Source: Candidatus Hydrogenedens sp. (lineage in GTDB: Bacteria; Hydrogenedentota; Hydrogenedentia; Hydrogenedentales; Hydrogenedentaceae). Taken from it: a stretch of DNA of 64,000 bases. Shown here in pieces: positions 58,319 through 64,000 of this stretch. The translations under genes and the position numbers were made by a program. Location: assembly GCA_049968235.1 (NCBI GenBank), contig JBMFRC010000006.1, positions 1 to 64,000 of the forward strand. The letters are read 5' to 3'. The stretch's first letter is position 1; every line of letters begins with the position of its first letter. The notes beneath the pieces were generated by a model. It made no database searches, was not told the DNA's origin, and saw nothing but the letters and a program-made list of their open reading frames with translations.

Positions 58319-59758
58319 GTGTCATTTTCCTCAAAAAAAACTACTGTTCTTATTATAACTTATTATGTTATTTCTTTTTTTTGTATTTTCCCCTTGTTCG
58401 GAGAAAATATTCCATGTTCGGATATATACAATGTCAAAGAACTTGGTGCCAGGGGTGATGGGATTACTGATGATACAGAGACTATCCAGAAGGCTCTAAA
58501 TATTGCTGGTGAAAAAAAAGGAGGCATAGTTTTTCTTCCTATAGGTTCTTATCTTATAAAAGGAAACCTAATTGTCCCAGAAAATGTAACACTTGAAGGA
58601 ATATGGCGTTCTCCATTTCGCGGTGAATCATCTAAAGCAGGTAGTGTTTTGCTTGCAGTTTCAGGCAAATGCGAAACAGATGGAATTCCCTTGATTCGTG
58701 TTAATACAAGTTCAACATTAAAAGGATTTGCAGTTTTTTACCCTGAACAAACAAGAACAGACCCTCCTATTCCCTATCCGTGGACAATTCAATGCAATGG
58801 TCCAGCAGATGATGTCTCATTGATAGACTTAACACTTATTAATCCCTATAAAGCCATAGACTTTGGAACATTTCCCGCAGGTAGACACAAAATAAAAAAT
58901 ATACATGCATATCCATTATATCGTGGGCTGTATATCAATCAGTGTTATGATGTCGGCAGAATTGAAGATATTCACTTTTGGCCCTTCTGGGATTTAAATC
59001 CCAATAGTCCTCTCTGGAAATTTACTCAAAGAGAAGGTATTGCTTTTATCATAGGAAAAACTGATGGTGAAATGGGACATAACCTTTTCAGTATCTTTTA
59101 TTCTATTGGTATGCAATTCATTGCAGGACCTATATATGATGAAAATAAAAATGTAATAAAAAATCTACCAGGCAGTGGAACTTATACACATTGTTATATG
59201 GATATTACACCTTGTGCGGTAAAAGTGGATAGTGCAATGGAAAATGCAGGCATTACCTTTCTAAACTCATCTTTTATGGCTAAAGTTGTAGTAAGTCCTT
59301 CCAATCGGGGTCCTGTAAAATTTGTCGGTTGCGGTTTCTGGGGAACTAAAGATTCCGATTATCAGGTTTTAACAGAAGGACAGGGAAGTGTTACCCTCGA
59401 TGCCTGTCATTTTAGTGGTTGGGACCGTATCTCAAAAGGGCTTCCATGTATCAACGCTAATAATAGATATTTAATCATATCAAATTGTGAGTTTATCGGT
59501 ACTTCTATAGAGAATTCCATCATCCAATTAGGACCTCGTCTTCGTTCCGGAATTATCACTTCCAATATAAGTCACGGAAGTTTTGAAATAACAAACAACA
59601 CATTAAAATCCGCTCAAATTATCATTAAAGATAATTTAGCAACACCTAAAACAAACTTCGTTTTAGATTGGACACTAGTAGGTCCTTTTCCAAATTCACA
59701 AATAATACATCAACAGATACAGAAATTTCTCGAGAAGGATTTAATAAAGACTTTTTAG
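58319..59758 (+). CDS. Secreted right-handed beta-helix protein (pectate-lyase superfamily / GH28-GH55-like or AlgG-like)
   Basis: GTG start with an N-terminal hydrophobic leader. It has the canonical N-terminal motif of this fold (VKELGARGDGITDDTETIQKALN). The downstream ORF overlaps it in another frame. Confidence 0.6.
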   Translation: MSFSSKKTTVLIITYYVISFFCIFPLFGENIPCSDIYNVKELGARGDGITDDTETIQKALNIAGEKKGGIVFLPIGSYLIKGNLIVPENVTLEGIWRSPFRGESSKAGSVLLAVSGKCETDGIPLIRVNTSSTLKGFAVFYPEQTRTDPPIPYPWTIQCNGPADDVSLIDLTLINPYKAIDFGTFPAGRHKIKNIHAYPLYRGLYINQCYDVGRIEDIHFWPFWDLNPNSPLWKFTQREGIAFIIGKTDGEMGHNLFSIFYSIGMQFIAGPIYDENKNVIKNLPGSGTYTHCYMDITPCAVKVDSAMENAGITFLNSSFMAKVVVSPSNRGPVKFVGCGFWGTKDSDYQVLTEGQGSVTLDACHFSGWDRISKGLPCINANNRYLIISNCEFIGTSIENSIIQLGPRLRSGIITSNISHGSFEITNNTLKSAQIIIKDNLATPKTNFVLDWTLVGPFPNSQIIHQQIQKFLEKDLIKTF

Positions 59759-60216
59759 AAATTATAGGAGGAGAAACAAAAACAGAGTTGCTGTCAAATA
59801 AAGATATAAAAAAACTTAAAGAAATATATAAAGATATAAAAATTGTTAATTATAATTCCTTACATACAAAGTCTGTAAAGATTAAACTTCATGAAATATT
59901 TGGTATGGAACCCGCTACCGCTTATGCCATTACTTATATTTATTCAAAAGAGAAACAAAATGTATTGCTCGAATTAGGGATGAATGATGGCGGAAAAGTT
60001 TTCTTAAATGGAAAAGAGGTTTATTCAAGATTTTCAAGAGACGGGATGACTTGTGAACCTGGCACCGATACTTTTACATCTGAATTAATGAAAGATTATA
60101 ATACTCTCCTTCTGAAAATCGCAAATTCAGGTGGAAAGTGGGAATTTATGGTAGAAATATATCCCGATATAAAAGAAGACATATCAATTACAACACAAAA
60201 ACCGATAAATAATTAA
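59668..60216 (+). CDS. Hypothetical protein (possible frameshifted C-terminal domain of the preceding beta-helix protein)
   Basis: TTG start inside the preceding gene with a 91-nt overlap. Coding-like sequence runs through the whole overlap in this frame. The C-terminal half looks like a compact beta-rich domain. Confidence 0.4.
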   Translation: MDTSRSFSKFTNNTSTDTEISREGFNKDFLEIIGGETKTELLSNKDIKKLKEIYKDIKIVNYNSLHTKSVKIKLHEIFGMEPATAYAITYIYSKEKQNVLLELGMNDGGKVFLNGKEVYSRFSRDGMTCEPGTDTFTSELMKDYNTLLLKIANSGGKWEFMVEIYPDIKEDISITTQKPINN

Positions 60217-60244
60217 TTATAAACATAAATATATACAAATAATT

Positions 60245-61717
60245 ATGCTGTTCAACTCTGTTCATTTTGCTATATTTTTTCCCATAGTAGTTACTTTATA
60301 TTTTTTATTGCCTCATAAATTCCGTTGGCTTTTACTACTTATTGCCAGTTATTACTTCTATATGGCATGGATACCTATTTATGTTCTACTTTTACTTGCT
60401 TCAACAATTGTGGATTATATTAGTGGATTGTTATTTGAAAAAACAAAGATAGAATATAAACGCAAATTAATTCTAATTTTTAGCCTTTTAATAAATTTGG
60501 GGATACTTTTTACTTTCAAATATTACAATTTTTTTATGGATAGCGTCGAAAAACTATCTATTTATCTAAATATCCCTATAAATATTCATTACTCTTCCCT
60601 TCTATTACCCATTGGCATTTCTTTCTATACATTTCAAACTTTAGCATATACCATTGATGTATATCGTCGTAAAATAAAACCAGAAAAACATTTCGGCATT
60701 TTCGCTCTCTATGTTACCTTCTTCCCGCAATTAGTGGCTGGTCCCATTGAGAGAGCAGATACATTAATTCCTCAACTTAAACAATATCATAATTTTGATA
60801 CAAAACGAGTCACTGATGGATTAAAACTTATGGCATGGGGACTTTTCAAAAAAGTCGTTGTTGCAGACCGGTTAGGGATGATGTCCGCTTATGTTTTTGC
60901 AAATCCCCAATCACATGATGGGATGGGGCTTCTCTTTGCTATGGTTTTTTCCAGTTGGCAAATATATTGTGATTTTTCGGGCTATTCTGACATTGCAGTA
61001 GGTTCTGCAAAAGTATTAGGAATTAATTTAATACAAAATTTTGAACGACCTTATTTTTCCCGTTCCTTCCCTGAATTATGGAGAAGATGGCATATTTCGC
61101 TCATGAATTGGTTTCGAGATTATGTTTTCTACCCTCTGGGAGGCAGTCGTTATGGTGTCCTCAATACATGCAGGAATTTAATTATCGTTTTTACATTAAG
61201 CGGTGTATGGCACGGTGCAAATTGGACCTATATATTCTGGGGTTTCCTGATGGGACTATGTCTGGTCATATCTCTCCTGACCCGTGATATACGGAAAATT
61301 ATTGTTGAAAAAATTGGCTTAACGCATTTCCCTAAAATCCATCAGGGAATACAAATGTTAATAACCTACTCCATTTTCTTATTCTTTGGTGTTCCATTCC
61401 GATCAGAAAAAATAGGCGATGTATTTTATATATGGTCGCACCTATTAACAGGTTGGACACATCCTACTCATGGATTGGATTTTGATGATTTTGTCGTAAG
61501 TTTAGGTATGCCAACAGAACAGGAGTTCCATGTAGCAATAATATCTCTCTTATTTTTGATAATAGTAGAAGCATTTCAAGCATATGGAATCTCTTTACGA
61601 GAAAAACTTGAACAGCGGAATATAGCAATACGATGGGCTTGCTACTATATTTTTCTTTTTTTAATTGCATTTTATGGTGTATGGAACAGTTCACCTTTTA
61701 TTTATTTCCAATTTTAA
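60245..61717 (+). CDS. MBOAT-family membrane-bound O-acyltransferase (AlgI/DltB-like)
   Basis: 490 aa with about 10 TM helices. The AlgI/DltB-like N-terminus (MLFNSVHFAIFFPIVV) and the MBOAT His region (RRWHISLMNWFRDYVFYPLGG) are present. Confidence 0.85.
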   Translation: MLFNSVHFAIFFPIVVTLYFLLPHKFRWLLLLIASYYFYMAWIPIYVLLLLASTIVDYISGLLFEKTKIEYKRKLILIFSLLINLGILFTFKYYNFFMDSVEKLSIYLNIPINIHYSSLLLPIGISFYTFQTLAYTIDVYRRKIKPEKHFGIFALYVTFFPQLVAGPIERADTLIPQLKQYHNFDTKRVTDGLKLMAWGLFKKVVVADRLGMMSAYVFANPQSHDGMGLLFAMVFSSWQIYCDFSGYSDIAVGSAKVLGINLIQNFERPYFSRSFPELWRRWHISLMNWFRDYVFYPLGGSRYGVLNTCRNLIIVFTLSGVWHGANWTYIFWGFLMGLCLVISLLTRDIRKIIVEKIGLTHFPKIHQGIQMLITYSIFLFFGVPFRSEKIGDVFYIWSHLLTGWTHPTHGLDFDDFVVSLGMPTEQEFHVAIISLLFLIIVEAFQAYGISLREKLEQRNIAIRWACYYIFLFLIAFYGVWNSSPFIYFQF

Positions 61718-61726
61718 GGGATACTT

Positions 61727-62803
61727 ATGAATACGTTTAAATATAAAGAATTACTTCCCATTATTCTTTTAATTCCCTTCTTCCTGTTTTTTATTTCTGT
61801 TAATATTTTAATTGACCCTTCCGGACTTCTGAGGAAAAGTCAGGAAAAACAAATAGCACAATGGCTCAATGATGGCTATGGTGTCATAAATGCAATCAAT
61901 GTAGATTACCGTAAAATTGTTAAAGAACGAATCAGATTAATGGAAACAATGCCGGATATTATAGTCATGGGGTCAAGCCGTGCCATGATTATTGATTCAT
62001 CCTTTTTCCCCAATCGACATCTTTTGAATTGTAGTCTTCCTTCTGCAAATTTAGAAGATATTATTGCAAATTATCAGGTACTTTACGAAGCCAATAAACT
62101 GCCTGCAAAACTTATTTTATGTCCCGATCTACATTACTTTAATGCTTATGCAAAAAGTAATTTTCATCTCTTTCAAGAGTTCGATAACGCTATGGAACGT
62201 ATGGAAATAGTTCAAAATACCACATTAAAAGATTTTATTATAAAATGGATAGACCCAAGATATTTTCAGATACTTTCCCCGGGGTATTTTCAAGAATCTA
62301 TTCGATTCCTCCCTGCATGGGTAGTGGGTAAAATTCCTCGCCCCCAACCTATTGAACATTATGAAACAGAAGAAAAAGTCATCCGTCCCGATGGGAGTAT
62401 CATCTACGAATCCTCCCGACGTCAAAAAACACTTCAGGAAATCGAATTTAAAGCAGAACGGTATGCCTTCAAACATCCCGAAGGATTAATCAATTACAGA
62501 AATTTAGACCCAACTCGAAAACAAATTTTTGAAGAGTTTTTAAAGATGGTAAAGAAAGATAGCATTGAAATAGAAGTGATTCTTATTCCTATTCATCCTC
62601 GCTCCTATGAGATTCTTACTCAAAATAAAATATATAAAATCATCATTGATGTGGAAAAATATATGAGAACGGTATTTCATTCCTTAGGCATTCCTGCTTA
62701 TGGTAGTTTCGACGCCACAAAATGCGGGTGTTATTCAATAGATTTTTATGATGCAGTACACGCAAAGCCTGAAGCCATTAAAAGAATTTTGTCCTTTTCA
62801 TAA
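61727..62803 (+). CDS. AlgJ/DltD-like single-pass partner protein of the MBOAT (putative SGNH-like O-acyltransferase component)
   Basis: 358 aa with an N-terminal TM anchor and a candidate nucleophile block (VMGSSRA) near residue 85. It lies 10 nt downstream of the MBOAT gene, the canonical MBOAT-partner arrangement. Confidence 0.45.
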   Translation: MNTFKYKELLPIILLIPFFLFFISVNILIDPSGLLRKSQEKQIAQWLNDGYGVINAINVDYRKIVKERIRLMETMPDIIVMGSSRAMIIDSSFFPNRHLLNCSLPSANLEDIIANYQVLYEANKLPAKLILCPDLHYFNAYAKSNFHLFQEFDNAMERMEIVQNTTLKDFIIKWIDPRYFQILSPGYFQESIRFLPAWVVGKIPRPQPIEHYETEEKVIRPDGSIIYESSRRQKTLQEIEFKAERYAFKHPEGLINYRNLDPTRKQIFEEFLKMVKKDSIEIEVILIPIHPRSYEILTQNKIYKIIIDVEKYMRTVFHSLGIPAYGSFDATKCGCYSIDFYDAVHAKPEAIKRILSFS

Positions 62804-62859
62804 AGTAACAACAAGTAATTTTTCTAAAACTGTCTTTTACTTGATTTATGATTGAAAAA

Positions 62860-63663
62860 TTAATTTGAGGTTTCTTCCAATATTTTTAGCAATTCATCAT
62901 GGATATACCCATTTGTTGCAATAATTCCATCATTTTTTGAGAACAAATGTATAGGTGTCCCGTCTTTTTGTGTTATTTTTCCATGTGCTTCTTCTAAAAT
63001 CAATTTACCGGCTAAAAAATCCCACGGTTGTAGTGAAGCATGAACATAAGCGTCAGCAATTCCCATAGCGACCTGTATTATTGCCAATATCGCAGAACCA
63101 ATACAGCGGACCTGCCCAAAGTGAAGTAATGGATTTATAAAAAAAGGCAGTCTTTCTTTCCTTGATGATTTTCTACCAAAATCTAATAGAACACATGATT
63201 CGTCTAATTCTTTTTTGGTAGATACTTCTATTCTTTGTCCATTACGCCATGCACCCTTCCCCTTTTTAGCAATAAATACATCTCCTGTAATAGGCACTAA
63301 TACACCAGAACAAACTAATTCACCCTTATCCGCAAAAGCAATGGCAACTGCAAATGCAGGAAAATAACTCCTTACAAAATTTGCCGTTCCATCAATAGGG
63401 TCAATAATCCATACACGCCCGTTGTAAGTATCGTTATATTGCGAAAATCCTGCTTCTTCACCAATGATGAGGTCTTGATGGAAGAAATTCTTTATTTTTT
63501 TTATAAAAGAACTCTGGACAAAAAGGTCTACTTCGGTTAAGAAGTCTGTTGCATCCCTTTTTGTGGAGATAGTTAACTCATCTTTTCTTTTATAACTATC
63601 TACAATATAAGGTGTTATTTCATCAAAAAACTCTTTTATAGCTTCTATTTCTGTTTTCTTCAT
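62860..63663 (-). CDS. Inositol monophosphatase family protein (SuhB/CysQ-like)
   Basis: The IMPase metal-binding motifs are present (EEAG...; WIIDPIDGTANF; WDFLAG). Confidence 0.85.
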   Translation of the reverse strand: MKKTEIEAIKEFFDEITPYIVDSYKRKDELTISTKRDATDFLTEVDLFVQSSFIKKIKNFFHQDLIIGEEAGFSQYNDTYNGRVWIIDPIDGTANFVRSYFPAFAVAIAFADKGELVCSGVLVPITGDVFIAKKGKGAWRNGQRIEVSTKKELDESCVLLDFGRKSSRKERLPFFINPLLHFGQVRCIGSAILAIIQVAMGIADAYVHASLQPWDFLAGKLILEEAHGKITQKDGTPIHLFSKNDGIIATNGYIHDELLKILEETSN

Positions 63664-63733
63664 AAAAGCATCTTTTAGGCTTATTTATACAAAAAAATGA
63701 TTGTGAACTTTCAGAAATTAGTATTTCTTTTAA

Positions 63734-63967
63734 TTAATCAGGTAAATATCCTTCGGGGTTTTTTGTGAGTATTGCCCAGGAGGCTTTGTCTACCCATTCA
63801 TATAATTTTTCTATTGTTAAACTTAAAGTATACCATACAGGCACAAATTCTAATGTTATTTGACCATGAAGATTATACCGGAATTGTGAGTAGTTCCATA
63901 TATTTAAGCCAAGAATTTTATGGAATATGAGTCCGGAAAAATATTCCACAATAAAAATTATCAGCAT
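63734..63967 (-). CDS. Small hypothetical membrane-associated protein, possibly N-terminally truncated by the window edge
   Basis: 77-aa ORF. The reading frame may continue upstream past position 64000. Confidence 0.25.
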   Translation of the reverse strand: MLIIFIVEYFSGLIFHKILGLNIWNYSQFRYNLHGQITLEFVPVWYTLSLTIEKLYEWVDKASWAILTKNPEGYLPD

Positions 63968-64000
63968 GTAAACAAACGCCCTAACAGGGAAAGGGATACC

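Noticed and set aside
1-64000. CRISPR arrays, transposases, integrases or prophage genes
   Set aside because: I scanned for short regularly spaced direct repeats and for transposase, integrase or terminase-like proteins. None was seen. The only significant repeat is the intragenic 1.12 kb duplication, which has no mobile-element hallmarks such as inverted repeats or target-site duplications.

Overview
This is an AT-rich (roughly one-third GC by eye) bacterial chromosomal window, densely coding on both strands, with no transposase, integrase, phage gene or CRISPR array visible. Most genes are recognisable housekeeping genes of an anaerobic, diderm-type bacterium. They include Fe/Mn superoxide dismutase, PilC/GspF, RNase P RNA (rnpB, type A), TrpB2, an NCS2 purine permease, Tex, a DksA/TraR-family protein, Lgt, MutL and MiaA. 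A four-subunit pyruvate/2-oxoacid:ferredoxin oxidoreductase is encoded in the order gamma-delta-alpha-beta, and IorAB is also present. Other calls are an ABC/FtsX exporter module, an MscK-like giant mechanosensitive channel, UvrC, tRNA-Arg(ACG), ClpX, Lon, LeuS, an Mpl-like Mur ligase, MazG, ROK glucokinase and an inositol monophosphatase-family protein. The most unusual region is an all-minus-strand cluster at about 42.9-51.5 kb. It encodes an AGE-family sugar epimerase, two tandem paralogous GT-C (family 39/83-like) membrane glycosyltransferases with TPR-like tails, and two tandem B12-binding radical SAM enzymes. The two radical SAM genes share a virtually identical ~1.12 kb nucleotide core with a 1,584 bp period, but have divergent N- and C-termini. 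Other notable items are an orphan anSME-like radical SAM/SPASM protein with a SEC-C tail, a two-TM Cache/GAF-like sensor without an output domain next to a large secreted protein, and an AlgG/AlgI/AlgJ-like (beta-helix + MBOAT + SGNH-like) polysaccharide O-acylation module that includes a possible frameshift.
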